From Eledone cirrhosa (taxonomy: Eukaryota), in the NCBI GenBank assembly GCA_964016885.1, contig OZ024743.1, forward strand, positions 60,388,001-60,452,000: 64,000 bases of DNA, read 5' to 3'. A program made the translations under genes and the position numbers. A model generated the notes under the pieces. It saw nothing but the letters and a program-made list of their open reading frames with translations, did not search any database and had not been told where the DNA came from. This document shows positions 1-12,753 of the stretch, one piece after another (position 1 is the first letter of the stretch; each line of letters starts with the position of its first letter).

Positions 1-149
1 AAAATTTCTGCCAAAATCGTTAGAAAAGAAACTTAATATATTTTTCTTTCTCACTGACCCAGTTACAATAATCAAATTCAATGATAAATAATTTTACAGT
101 ATTTTTTAAACCTTATATCAAATGTTATTCATTGAAATGTAAATATATA

Positions 150-320
150 AACTAATTGTTTCTACTTTTGGCACAAGGCCAGCAATTATTTTATCGACCC
201 CGTAAGGATGAAAGGCAAAGTGAACCTCGGCGGGATTTGAACTCAGATCGTAAAGGGACGTCGCCATGTTGGAAAGCATGGCGTCCGACTCTCTGCCGAT
301 ACTGCCAATCCATACATAAA
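150..320 (-). mobile_element. SINE copy (octopus-type family)
   Basis: Reverse complement of the window-wide motif 'gagttcaaatcccgccgaggt..actttgcctttcatccttacggggtcgataaaataa...ccttgtgcc...tagaaac', which includes a B-box-like GAGTTCAAATCC. Recurs about 10 times in the window. Confidence 0.75.
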
Positions 321-402
321 ATAATAGTAGAAAAGAATAACAAACGAGATTTCATACTTGTAATTCTTGTGATGATGTGTTCATCTCACCTTTCTCTCCC
401 TC

Positions 403-560
403 ATCCCGCTGAGGTTAACTTTGCCTTTCATCCTTACAGGATCGATAAAATAAAGTACCAGTCATACACTATGGTCGATTTTAATCGACTTCCCTCTCCC
501 CCCAAATTGCTGGCTTTGTGCCTATATAAGAAACCATTATTATTATTATTATTATTATTA
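403..560 (+). mobile_element. SINE 3' half with (ATT)n tail
   Basis: 'tcccgctgaggttaactttgcctttcatccttacaggatcgataaaataaagtaccagt...tttgtgcctatataagaaacc' followed by (att)n. Confidence 0.75.
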
Positions 561-803
561 TATACCACTAAGGCAGTGACGAGGCTGTTGGCGGTAATTT
601 TTAAAATTGTTACTTTTTTTAAATGCTTCTGTGGTAGTGTCGATGGTAGTGACTTGGGTGTCATTGGGGTTGCGTGGACGATGAGACTTGTTAGAAGTTA
701 CTGAGTGGGTTTTTCTTTACTGGTTCAAAGTCAGCAACATCAGTCTATAAGTAGGTTGATGTTTCTTTCATCTTTGAATTTACTGCACTCATATTGTTAT
801 TAT

Positions 804-804
<1 letters not shown>

Positions 805-894
<90 letters not shown>
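805..894. repeat. (TAG)n microsatellite
   Basis: About 30 perfect agt units. Confidence 0.95.
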
Positions 895-896
<2 letters not shown>

Positions 897-3800
897 AAGG
901 ACATCAACTGGAATCAATATTAAAAAAGTAAGAAAAAATTTAAATTGAATCTGTAAAAGAGTGGTGAGGAATTGAAATATGAAAAACACTATACAGAAAA
1001 CTTTACTTGTTGTTGTCTGTAGCGGCTTAAATTGAAAATTAATTGAGTGTAAATTATATTGTAGAAATATTTCTACGTTCATTAAGAGGCAGGAAAGAAG
1101 AGCATGGGAAGATAGTTAATAGACAATAACAGTAGTCTGGTTATAGAATAATTGTTGGAAATAATCATGTTAAATTGTATAAAGATTGTGTGATGATAAT
1201 CGTAGCCGTAACTTCAACAACGACGATAGATTGGTTGGATTAAAAGTTTAATGATGTAGAAATACATATTGGATTTAGAGACTCAGGAATGCAGACAAGA
1301 AAAGAAAAAAAACGTAATGTAATTTATGTTGCAGTTTCAATAATTAAATGCGTAAATCCGCCATTCGGAGATAGCCTCGTTTAATTGTGTAGAACCACCG
1401 ATATCGGATATGCTATTGTTCTTGTTCTTGTTCTTGTTCTTGTGGTTAATTAGAACTAGTTCAACCCGTGTCGAGCAAATGTACCATCGAATGAAACCCA
1501 ACCATGTCCATCTCATCTTTTAGGGCTTCTAAGATATTTTCATTCGTGACTCCAGACGAAATATTTATTTTGAGACGCTTAACTCGTGCTGTAAAATCAA
1601 TTGACATAAATACTCGATAGACTTGGCCTTAGTTGTAATTTGATTTTAACATTATATGAAAACAAGTACATTTTACAACCAAAAAGTAGCAATAAGTTTA
1701 TGAATCGGATGGGTTTAATTGCTAATTTTCACACAATAACTGAAATCATGGATAAATATATGCTAGTACTTCTCGCAAGGTATATTCTCCCCAACAATCA
1801 CTAAATCCTTACGCATTCCGGTGACGGGTTGTGACCAAACCTTTGAGAAGCCCAGACCTAAGGTGACCATGTAGAGGTTCTCTCATCGGCACAATTTGTT
1901 CCGTGTTAATGAAATTAGATAAGCTAAATTGGATTCTCGTAAAATACATTTGACACTCATGCCATTTAGCATGTTCCCATGACATTGAAAAGTTAGCTTT
2001 CAGTATAGGTTATTTCTATAAAGAAGCTTATAAATTTTCAACATAACAGTATTTTGAATGGTTTCTTCCATGGAAATATCTAATTAATCGATAGTGGTGA
2101 GTAACTAGTGGATATGATTCCCCTTTTCAACAACAATATTTTTAGTGTAAAAATAATTCTTAGGAAATGGAATTCGTTAAAATTATATTTGCCAATTACA
2201 TCTACGTAAGACACACACCATGCAAAGAAATTGCGTGCTATGTACCCAGTTAAAACTATTGACATTTAAAATTTATGAAGCTTGCATTGAGTGAATTTGA
2301 AAACAAACAAAAATTACTGTTCGCCCAAAAAATATTTAAGGATGTCTGTAATATTGTAGTGCATTTCCTACGCGTGGGAAATTTTTTTTCTACTCCCAAT
2401 ATGTGAACGTGGAAAAGCATTTAGACATTAGATCGCAATGCTCCTATTTGAAAAAGAATTATTTCATTCGGATCTCTCTACCCTTTTGATCAGTAAAAAA
2501 GAAAAACTTTTCAAAGAACAAGGAAAGGTTGCATTGAAATGGTTCCCAAGTATTCTAACGCTAACCCTTTAACAGTGACCTTAGTAATATTGAAACTATT
2601 CAAAAGTTGAAAACCTTTCACCTATATTTAGTAGGTTAAATTTGAAGTAAAGAGAGCCAGAAGCATACATTACTAAAAGGATGATTGGAAAGTTATACTT
2701 CCTAAAGATGGTCTTATTGATAGGTAAGGATTTTGCCATAAAGCATCACTTAAATATGCAGCTTTGATCACCAAATTTGTCGGGTTATACACTATTATAC
2801 ACGGATTATACTGTTTCAAGCGTAACATTTAGCAATGTCAGAATTGAAATTTGTTTTCAAGAATAACCTCACCCAAGACTAACTAAATTAGAACGGACAT
2901 TCAAACAATGTTTATATGTTCATTTTCATCATCATCACCATCGTCACCAGCATCACTGTCATCAACATCATCAACAACTTCTTTATCATCATTATCATTA
3001 CTATAATTTAACATATAGCTTCGATGTTGGCAGCGATTGGGCGGGTTTTTCCGATCTGTTTTTAGACAGGTGGTAGAACCAATTCTTACTTTTACGGCCT
3101 CGAAACATAAAAAAATGTCCTAATGAAAATGTAATTCTTTTCAGCGGCTTAGAAACACAACTACAATGCATAACAACAAAGCTCTTTTGCACCTCACATT
3201 ATTTTTATGTTCCGATATGACAACAGCATCTAATCCACTGAACTAGCAAGCTGCTTACAATTTGATGCTGTAAGGACCATCTGTCACATATACATCCCTA
3301 ATATCCGGCACTAACTCCTTCTACTAATCATTTTATAGCAGAACGGAAACCATTAGTTGCACCTTAATTGTCGCTGGCGTAATATTATTCCTGCAGATAT
3401 TGTCATACTGCTATTGAAGCTGAACATACACTGTACTGATTTAACTCAGCTAAGGTAGCCTGTGAAGGTCATGACCGCTGCCTTTCTTCATATTAAGCCA
3501 TGAAATACACTAACATATGTGTGGATCGAAAAGTATATTTAGAAGCAAGTAAATATAACATGATTGACATGATAAAATCAACATAGTAAGAACAAAAATA
3601 TTTCTCTAAATAGAACGGAAAATTAGTGGAAACTGGAAGCTAATTATGGTCAGTTAAAAGTTTAGTTAGATAAATACAAAATTCCAGAAAATAAAAAAAT
3701 ACAGAACGAACAAAAAAAGCTATCCAAACTGCAATCGAACAAAATGGACAGCAAAGCAACTGACCAGAGTGTGTGAGAGACAGAAAGGGGTGGGTGTGGG

Positions 3801-4061
3801 CAATGAATCAATATTTGACTGAAATAGATGGTGTGATTCAGCTATACACCGGATTAATGTTGAGCCACATGAAAAGCTACTAAAAATGCAACAGATAAAA
3901 TATGAGGAAGTATGTTAACATAAAGAAACAGTAGACCACTTCATTTCCGATTAAATAATCCTTACTAAGACAGACGAGACTATAAATATATATAGAAAGG
4001 GAGATATAAAATCCCGGCCGTGGTCTCAGTACCTCATACTCTCTCTCTCTCTCTATCTCTA

Positions 4062-4095
<34 letters not shown>

Positions 4096-4109
4096 AATGG
4101 AAAAAAATG

Positions 4110-4710
4110 AAATTTCATTTCATTTCTCACTCTTAGCACGGCTGATATTTAAATATAAGTATGTATACGTACATACATATATGTATACAGACGTACAGTA
4201 GTATGTATATACATGCATACATGTACACATATATAAATGTACATATGGGTTTACCGAACATTTATTATCATGCTCAGTTTGTCTGTAAACAAACAACCCA
4301 AATTAAGCCGTACAGTGTTCGGCAACCATCGTTGCCCGTTTGTTCAACACTGACAAAGGAACAATGAACTAGTTTCTAGATTCTTAGCTGTCATCAGCAC
4401 CGTATACCTTCCTGTCAATTGATTGAATTTTTGAAAGTATATACTTTCCTTATGCATATTAACGGCTGAGTAGCCTAATTTGCATATCGAGTGAGTTAGT
4501 CGTCGGGGCGTACCGAAAACGATAAATAGAAAAAATTGAAATTGAAATTGCATTTCTCACTCTTAGTACGGCTGATATTTAAATATAAGTATGTATACGT
4601 ACATATATATATATGTATACAGACGTACAGTAGTATGTATATACATACATACATGTACACATATATATATACATACATAGATGTTCACATATATATATGT
4701 ACATATGGGT
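4110..4710 (-). mobile_element. PLE pLTR-like non-coding element, family F1, with partial direct duplication
   Basis: Shares 'ggctgatatttaaatataagtatgtatacgtac...ccgaacatttattat...aattaagccgtacagtgtt' with 36503-37374 and 51885-52985. The first part (4120-4250) is repeated at 4550-4710. Contains an HHR motif. Confidence 0.7.
4361..4403 (-). ncRNA. Minimal type-I hammerhead ribozyme motif (F1)
   Basis: Minus strand: acggtg-CTGATGA-cagctaagaatcta-GAAA-cta-GTT-cattgt. Stem I acggtg/cattgt, palindromic stem III aactagtt. Stem II is decayed. Confidence 0.6.
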
Positions 4711-4713
4711 TTA

Positions 4714-4785
<72 letters not shown>

Positions 4786-4790
4786 TGGTT

Positions 4791-4827
4791 CCTTTACCGG
4801 TTTCGCAGTTCTTCTGCTTTTCAAAAG
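4791..4827 (-). ncRNA. Minimal type-I HHR motif, U3-A8 core variant (F2)
   Basis: Minus strand: ctt-TTGAAAA-gcag aagaa ctgc-GAAA-ccg-GTA-aag. Same family as 38989-39081. Confidence 0.6.
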
Positions 4828-4861
4828 TAGAGTTGAGATGGAGCGTGTGGTTTTTCTCTAT

Positions 4862-4915
<54 letters not shown>

Positions 4916-5909
4916 TATATATTTAATATAGAAATGGCTTCTACAGGACGAGAACTGTTTCCTACCGGATAAACTTATATATATATATATATATATATGG
5001 GGGGGGGGGTATATACATATATATATATACACACACACACACAGTATAGGAATTAAAAATGATTTAAAAGCTAAGATTTCCATCTTCATATCTGATTGCA
5101 TATATATATATATATATACACACGCACTCACACACACACACGCACACACACACATACATACACACATATATACACACACACACACACGCAGATATATATA
5201 TATCTCTCTTTCTCTATCTCTCTTCATTTTGAATGAAGATCGTGACAAACGTGCCTCCTACACAGCAAAATGTGGATCTTCTCGTTTCTTTTCAGAGGCA
5301 GAGCATCATGTCTTCTCTAACTATCATTATATCTGTTGCTATCCGGCAAGTTTGGGTTCGAGCCCGTTGCATTGGAGACTTCTGGTTTCCTTGGCGCCAG
5401 GGCTACCTCTCTGCTCAACACCATTGACACAGAGCTGGCTACCCGCAGGAGTGAGGCTCACGAACTGTAATGGCTTATCTAGCGCGTTTCCCTCACGATC
5501 CTCCTGGGAATTGCCTTCTCTATTATGTCCGGCGGGCTGTGGGCCTGCCAGCGCGTGTGTCCCCATTTGCTCACAATTGTGAAAGATGAGCAAAGCGCTA
5601 GACACAGAGGCAGGGACAGTGAGTGTTTGGTACCATAGTGTTCGTACCTGGTGTGTATATATTTATTTGTCCTACCGCATGGTTGGGCGATTAACAATGT
5701 CAAGGCAACCAAATACAGCTGTTAAATATTTTGACAAACATCCTATTATAACAAGTTCCCATTCTATGGAAAATATATTTAACCCGTTTTTGACTGTATT
5801 CCAACTGTAGCATATTTGAATAACAATCCCTTTAAAGCGGTGTCCAACCATGACCTCAATATAATGGCTAAAGGCAGAAAAATATCTATATAGAGACATA
5901 TAGACGCAC

Positions 5910-5949
<40 letters not shown>

Positions 5950-6090
5950 AATGGAGAAAAGTAACACAGGAGTTGATATATATAAACAAATAGTAAATAG
6001 GAAAAAAAAAATGTCCGTAGAAAATGCTGGAGAGATTTTTTCAGTATAACAAGACATTTATTTATAAAGTGGGTATTTCCGCATTTAATA

Positions 6091-6128
6091 ATAGTACAGG
6101 TTTCAGCATTATATGCTTTTTCAACTGC
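6091..6128 (-). ncRNA. Minimal type-I HHR motif, U3-A8 core variant
   Basis: Minus strand: gcag-TTGAAAA-agcat ata atgct-GAAA-cct-GTA-ctat. Stem II is perfect, stem I is weak. Confidence 0.5.
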
Positions 6129-6304
6129 GGATGTGCAAAATGCAGTTACGTTGCATATCTATACAAATAATAAAAACATATTTAGAGAGGAAAGTTCATA
6201 TATATGCCTGTGGTTGTCCTTCGTTCTCTGTTAGTTGGCCAACAGTAGTAGTTTTAATTTGTATGCTTCTGACTGATGTTTATTTATATATATATATATA
6301 TATA

Positions 6305-6942
6305 TAAATGTAATCTGAGTTTTTTCGAATATTAATAATAACATTCGATTCGTTTGCAATTTTGCAAACAAGCCTCAATTTTATAGCCATGTCATTAGAA
6401 TGAACACTTCATTCTTGCTCTTCTGTTCATTCTACTGACATCGCTATAGAAGAGAGGCTTGTTTGCAAAATTACAAACGAATTGAATATTATTATTAATA
6501 TTTGAAAACACTCAGATCATATTTAATGTATTCAGCCATGTAGAGCAAAATCTTTTTTATTTGAATTTGGCCAGTCTGCTTATATGCAAATCTGACTGAT
6601 CAGTGGATCTGCTAATAAGCAAATCTGACTGATCAGCCAGTCTGCTAATATGCAAATCAGGCCGATCAGTCACTGTGTATTTTTTAAAATAGCATATATT
6701 TTCACTAGCTCTGACAGTTTGGCAGGTGAACTGATAAAGGGTGTAACCAGAAACATTTGTGTCTGCAATTCTGTTCGCATGCCAACACAAGAGCAAGAAT
6801 GAAATATTCATTCTACTGACATGGCTATAAAATTGAGGCTTCTTTGCAAAATTACAAACGAATCGAATGTTATTATTAATATTTAAAAAATTCAGATTAC
6901 ATTTATTGTTTTCAGCCATGTAGAGCGAAATTTTCTTATATT
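6305..6942. repeat. Inverted plus direct repeat unit (A'-A-spacer-A) with an internal 3x33-bp tandem repeat
   Basis: A ~130-bp unit occurs at 6425-6556 and 6805-6942, with an inverted copy at 6305-6405. The 33-mers are at 6572-6604, 6605-6637 and 6638-6670. Confidence 0.8.
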
Positions 6943-7180
6943 TCAATGACCGAGTTTAGTATGAATCTGGTGACTTCATCAGATATTCGAAATATAACAA
7001 AGGAATATAATAGACAAAAACCATGGGGCTGAAAATCAAAGACATGTGGGCGACCGAACATTTAGCAGCTTCTACCCCGGTCGGCCGCCCTCAAGTCTCT
7101 GTATTCCTTTGTCATATTTCGAATACCTGATGATGTCACCGGATTCATACTGAACCCGGTCATTGAAATGATCATAGTAT
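6941..7180. mobile_element. Fold-back element with HHR (F3)
   Basis: 6941-7010 is the imperfect reverse complement of 7100-7168. Confidence 0.75.
7123..7180 (+). ncRNA. Type-I HHR motif (F3)
   Basis: atac-CTGATGA-tgtcaccggattcatactgaacccggtcatt-GAAA-tgatc-ATA-gtat. Stem I atac/gtat, palindromic stem III atgatcat. Confidence 0.65.
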
Positions 7181-7939
7181 AATAAACCTTTTAAGGAATT
7201 ACACCCGTCCAGTCTCCTGTTATTTTATAATAGAACCGGTAATTCCTAGTGGTCAACTTCGATGTAATATTATGGAGAGCAATCAACGTAATGCAACTCA
7301 CCCGTCTTCGTTTGTATATCTGGTGGTACGAGTACGGAGTTAATTATTATAAAATAACAGGAGGCTAGACAGTGAGAGAGTGTGTGTGATATGAGAGAGA
7401 GATATAGAGTGACAGAGAGAGTAATAAGAGAGAGAGAGTGTGCGAGAATGGAAGAGAGAGGGAGAGATTGACAGAGAGAGTGAGAAAGAGAGAGTGTGTG
7501 TAAGTGATATAGGGAGAAGGTGACGATTTACAGAAGGAGGCTTTTATGAAAAAGTTTAAGTGGAATATATATAGTCACGATACATTTTCAGGGTAGTATA
7601 TAGAGTAAATATTACGCCCTTGCTTAGCGGTCAATAACAAGCGTCGACTGCGGACCCACCGCCAGCCTCCCCCACCCACGTGCCAGCCGTTCCGAGTAAT
7701 ATCGTCTAGCAAAAGAAATGAATATTAATTTTTCCGAGCACTCCAGGAATGTAACTGTCTTAGGCGTCGGGTGTTTTAGCGTGAAGTCCCCCAGCGCCGG
7801 CTGGCCAGCGTATATACCAAACTGTTGCTATTAGATCACACAGGGTGGGGGTTTAGTTAAGTGCTAGTAAGAAGTGGCATGATACAGCTAATAGTTATGA
7901 CTAAGCCTAGAAATTAAAGATAGTATTTGGCGGTCAATG

Positions 7940-10855
7940 CCGGCGGCACGACGAGTAGCACTGCCAAGCCAGGGACTTTTGGAAATTGTCCATCGGTCCC
8001 GAACCAAACGTCCTACCGAATAGACAGGCTAGCTCGTCTTCCTCCAAATCCAGAGCCTCTCCGAGAGCGCCGTCGCACTCTATAGAATGTTGAGGTTGAG
8101 TCTCCACTGATTGCCGGATCCGCTTGCCAGAGAGCTGTGAGCGCCTGGGCACATTCAATCTGCCAGTCGCCCATTTTTCTCGGTCTTTGCTTGACCCAGG
8201 ATTGCAGCTCGGTGAGTGAGACGAATCTCGGAAAGGCTCGCCTCACAAAAGGGGCCCACACCGGCTGACCGGTGAGGAATACCTGGAGGTGCCGTTGCCT
8301 TAATGCGTGTCTACGCATAGTAAGCCCCGGCATCCCCAGCTCTCCATTCGAAGGGTGTTGACAGCAGATGGATCTTCTCACCAAAGTGGCCCGCTTCTTC
8401 CAAAGGAATCGGAAGAGCGCGCGCTCCATTTTGGCTAGCGTTTTCGCTGGGCAAGGCACGACGGTCAAGCGGTAGTAGATGACGGACGCTATATAAGTGT
8501 TCGCCACCTCCGCTCGACCTTTCAGGGATAGTTTGCACTCGGCCCACTTCTGGGCGAGTGCAAACACCCTGCCCGTTACCTCGTCCCAGTTTTTCTCAAC
8601 CTGGAGGTCCGGTCCGAACCATACCCCGAGCAGCTTCACCGGTCCCTCCGTCCAGCGTCCGACGACGCCGTCTGAGGGCATCGGTTTGCCTCTCCACGTT
8701 CCGAGTTGCAAACCGACGGACTTGTCCCGGTTCAGCTTGGCTCCTGTAAACCTTTTGTATTCCTCTAGTAAGGTGCCGATCTGCCCGATTTCCACGGCGC
8801 ACGACACCATTACTGTCACGTCATCGGCGTAGGACGACACCGCTTTCCGCAATCCCAGTTCCAAGGAGATTCCTTGCAACAGCTCCAACTTTCGCAGTAG
8901 TGGCTCGAGAGCCAGTACATAGAAGGGAGGAGAGAGGGCATCCCTGTCGAATGGATCGCGCGATTTGGAACGGCTCCTAGAGGTAGCCGTTCACCTTGAC
9001 CCTGGAGCAGGTGTTGCTGCTGTGCATTGCAGCAATCCTGCCCCTGAAAACGGGTCCGAAGCCTGCCGCCGCGAGCACAGCATCCAGGTACCGATGGGCG
9101 ACCCTATCGAATGCCTTAGATTGATCCAAGTTGATCAGGGCCCCACCAAAGCCGGGTTCGTTCCCTACCCTCTCTACGATGTATCGCATGAGGTCGAGGT
9201 TGTCGTGTATGGCCTGGACGGGATTGCGCATGTCTGCGCTTCTCCCACCAGGTTCCAGACGACAAGCGCCAACCTCTTCGCTAACACCTTGGCCAAAATC
9301 TTTAACTCTGTGTTTAGCAGAGTTATGGGCCTGAAGTTATCTATGTCATCCCCCTTGTTCTCTTCCTTCCTAACCAGCGTGACTACGTCACAGAACTGGG
9401 AATTCTCTCGTTCTGTTGCCAGTTGCAGTAGACCGCCTCGAGGAGATTGTAGAACAAGTCCGGCATCGCTACAGAAAGTTCGTATGGTAGACCATCGAGA
9501 CCGGGAGATTTGCCTTTGCCGCATTGGATCAGCGCTTCCCCTATCTCAGCGGCTAAAATCGGCCTTTCGCAGGACTTCGCCTCCCCGTCCGAGAGCTGCG
9601 GCAAACCGTCGAAGTATGGAACGAAATCCATGGCCCCACCCGGCCCGCCGCCCCTAAGGAACAGTCGTGCAAAGCGCCGTTGAAAAGGCGCGCACATCCA
9701 CTCAGGTTCAAGGATCACGCGTCCATCCTGGTCCTTCAAAGAATCGTGTACTTGTTTCCACTTTTTGCCTCTGTCACTCGGGCCCAGCTAACAGCTTCGG
9801 CTCCCTCGTTACCCAGAGCACGTGTTTTACTCCTGACAACGCAGCCCTCGTGCTTCACGTCAAATAACTGGTCTAGGGCCGTTCTTGACGCCAGCACGCC
9901 GGCCACGTTGCCACTCCTAATCGCCTCTTCTATTCTATCAATTCCCTTTCAGTTCTATTCCTATTTGATGCTAATTCCTGACTAAAACTTATCGATTCTA
10001 TTCTAATTTCTCTCTTGAGAGATCCCACTACCTGCTGTTGACAATTTCCCCCATCAACCGCTGCTTAACTAGAGTGCTAATCCGCTTACTGTAAGCTTTG
10101 TTTGTATAGTTTAGCTCCCAGTAACCGGGTCCTTGTCTATGGGTTCTATCAAGGTTGAGCACTCTGGTCACCAACTTGTGATCCGAATAGTCAACCATGA
10201 ACATTCGTGGACAGCTTAATTTGTGCCTATCCTTATTTCCAACTAGGAACCTATCTAGGTACGACCTAGATGTTCCGCTGGGATTAGACCACGTCCACAG
10301 TGGCACAGTCGGAAAATCTAGTCGATATCTATCGGCCATATCAAATCTGCCGATTAACCGTTTGAGGCTGTTACACCCCCTCTATCGGGACATGCCCCTA
10401 CATAGTCCCAACGTGCATCTAAGATACCACTCCAGTCCCCCACTAAAAGCAAGAAGCGAGACGTTCCCAAAAAATCTCTAGGCGTTTGAAGAAGTCCGGT
10501 CGCGTTGTCCCAGATGGGGCATACGCTGCCACCAGCCTCAAGGCTCCCCCTTCACTACTGCCGACTTCTAGAACCACCAGTTGGCCCTCCGGGTCCAGGT
10601 GTACTTTCCGTGTTGCGAGGCCCAGGTGTTTTCGCAGCAGAACGACCACCCCTCCCCCACCCCCCGGCTGACAGAGAGATGCATAGATCTCAAAGTCGTC
10701 GAAGATGGGGGCCAGTTCGTGTTCGCTGCTGATCCTGGACTTGCACATAGCTATCACATCCATTATGTGCGACCTGAGGTCATTTAAGAGTTTGCCTTGC
10801 TTCCAGGAAATCTCAGGCCGCGCACATTTAAACATACAACTGTTATATCAGCCAT
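7940..10855 (-). pseudogene. Tx1-like ORF2 (APE endonuclease + reverse transcriptase), frameshifted
   Basis: Starts MADITVVCLNVRGL. Motifs: RSYLDRF...SDHK (APE), KSPGLDGLPYE, NFRPITLLNTELKILAK, LDQSKAFDRV, YADD. Split across at least 6 ORF fragments. Confidence 0.88.
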
Positions 10856-10869
10856 GTTGGTGGTGAAGA

Positions 10870-12753
10870 GTTTAGAGTGGAGAAAAAGGAAAAGACACCT
10901 ACCTGTCCCTCTCCTGGGGACCAGGATGCACAATTTCCATGGGGCTGTCGGCGGGGTTGCTTGGTGGGGTGGTGGTTTGTGATGTGGTGGGGATATCACT
11001 GTGTGGTGGGGTGGGAGTGTTTGATGGGGGAGGGGTTTATGGGGTGGTGGTGGGGAAACATTTCAAGAGGACGCGGTTGCTAGGTCTAGTACAGGGGTTC
11101 CCCATGTCCTCAGGAAAGTTCTGTTTGAGCATTGCGTAGGTGTCCCTTGGGATCCTAAACATTTTAAAATGCGGTTTAGTCGCCGCGTTGGTGAACATTT
11201 TCCCTTCGGTTTCCACCGAAGGGTCTTTGTCTATTGTTTGCACAGGTGTTTTGTTGTGTGTGTTGATGTATGTATACTGTTTTTGTTGTGTTGTGTTTGT
11301 TTTTGTTTGTTGTTCTTGTGTGTGTTTGCGTTTTGTAGTATGTGTTATGTTTTCGGGAGGGGTGGGTTTTTTGGTTTATGATGTTTGTTCTGTTTGTGCT
11401 GGTGGCTGCGTGTTTGTTGTATTTTTGTTAATGTGGTGCCTTCTTTTCTTTCTTTTTACCGGTTGAAAGGGTTCTCCCTCTTCGTCACTGGGTGATGTTG
11501 ATAAGGGGTCCTCGTCCGTGTTGTTGGGGAGGGGTATATTTTGGGGTTTTATTGTGGTTGCTTTTGTATTTGTTTTAGGTGGGGAGGGGTTGGATGGGAC
11601 AGTGTCATGTGTTGTTATTTTTTTGTGTTGTTGTGTTTGTTGTTGTGGTGGTGGTGGTGGTTGTGTTGTTGTCTGTGGGGTGGGTAGACTCGTCTTTTGG
11701 GGGGAGGGGTGCATTTAAAAGGGGACAGGAAGCCCTCAGGTGACCACTTCTTGAATAGTGGTAGCATGAAGGCCGCCTGCCCTCAACAGAAATGTTTATG
11801 AAGGCGACTCCATCCAGGGACACACGTTGCGGTATTCTTGCTATCCGTTCTGGTCTCAATTGGACCAGAACTTCAAGGCTATTGCCGCCAAATACGCCCC
11901 CAGTGGATTCGCCTATCGAAATGATTGTGACCTCATCTTCTAAGAATCCCGTTAGCACCCACCAAATGCTCACATTTGGCCTGATGCCCGAGATTCTTAT
12001 CTTTTGCGTTCTTTTCCCCAATTATGTGGCGAAAAAGGTGTATGTTTTGGATACAATTGGCGACACAGAATATTTCCGTGCCGCCAATTCATCTTGCATT
12101 AAAACAGATATGCTTCATACAGTTTCCCTTTCTGTATGAAAGCGATATCCTTCCAGGCAGTACTTAGGACCAGCTCAATTTTACTTTGGGACAATTTAGC
12201 CGGTTTCCTAGTCGCGTTCGAAACTGTCCTAAAAACTACGGTTCTGAGGACTGTGTCCCTTCTAATTTCTTCGGGGAAGGTAATTGTGAATTCCCCACCT
12301 TCCCCGAAACTTACACAATTCCTTGCTTCTTTTAGCGATTTCTTGGCATTCGAGATATCCAGTGCCTTGTATGTCTGCGTTTCTCGGACTGCCTGTGGGT
12401 CCCTTTTCTTTCGTGTTGTTATCATTGTTGTTGTTGTTATTCGTGTTAGCTTGCTTTTTTCCTTTGTTGGTGTTGTCATTATTGCTGTTGTTGGTTGTGT
12501 TGTTATTGTCATTGTTGCTGTTGTTGATTGTGTTATTATTGTCATTGTTGCTGTTGTTGGTTGTGTTGTTATTGTCATTGTTGTTCTTGTTTGTGTAATT
12601 GTTACTTTTGGGGTTTTCACCCATTTCCACATTTTTTTCTTTTGATTCCGTGGTGTCTTTTGCGGGAGTGAGGAGGGAAGGCTTACAGCATTGTTCTGCT
12701 ACGTTGTCTCCATCACTTTCCTTGGGGGCGTGGCATGCGTTAATGGCGTCCAT
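10870..12753 (-). pseudogene. Tx1-like ORF1 (gag-like, zinc knuckle), frameshifted
   Basis: ATG at 12753 (MDAINACHAPKESD), Asn-rich low-complexity tract, 'VEGRRPSCYHYSRSGHLRASCP' (CX2CX4HX4C with the 2nd Cys mutated), then a Thr/Pro-rich tail. Confidence 0.7.

Noticed and set aside
156-1082. 182-aa and poly-Leu ORFs
   Set aside because: They run through SINEs and (ATT)n/(TAG)n repeats.
1540-1860. Possible hAT/Charlie-like terminus (tttgagaagccc)
   Set aside because: No matching second end or transposase motif found.
8497-9985. Plus-strand ORFs of 100-230 aa (also 60131-62594 on the minus strand)
   Set aside because: Antisense shadows of GC-richer Tx1 ORF2 sequence.
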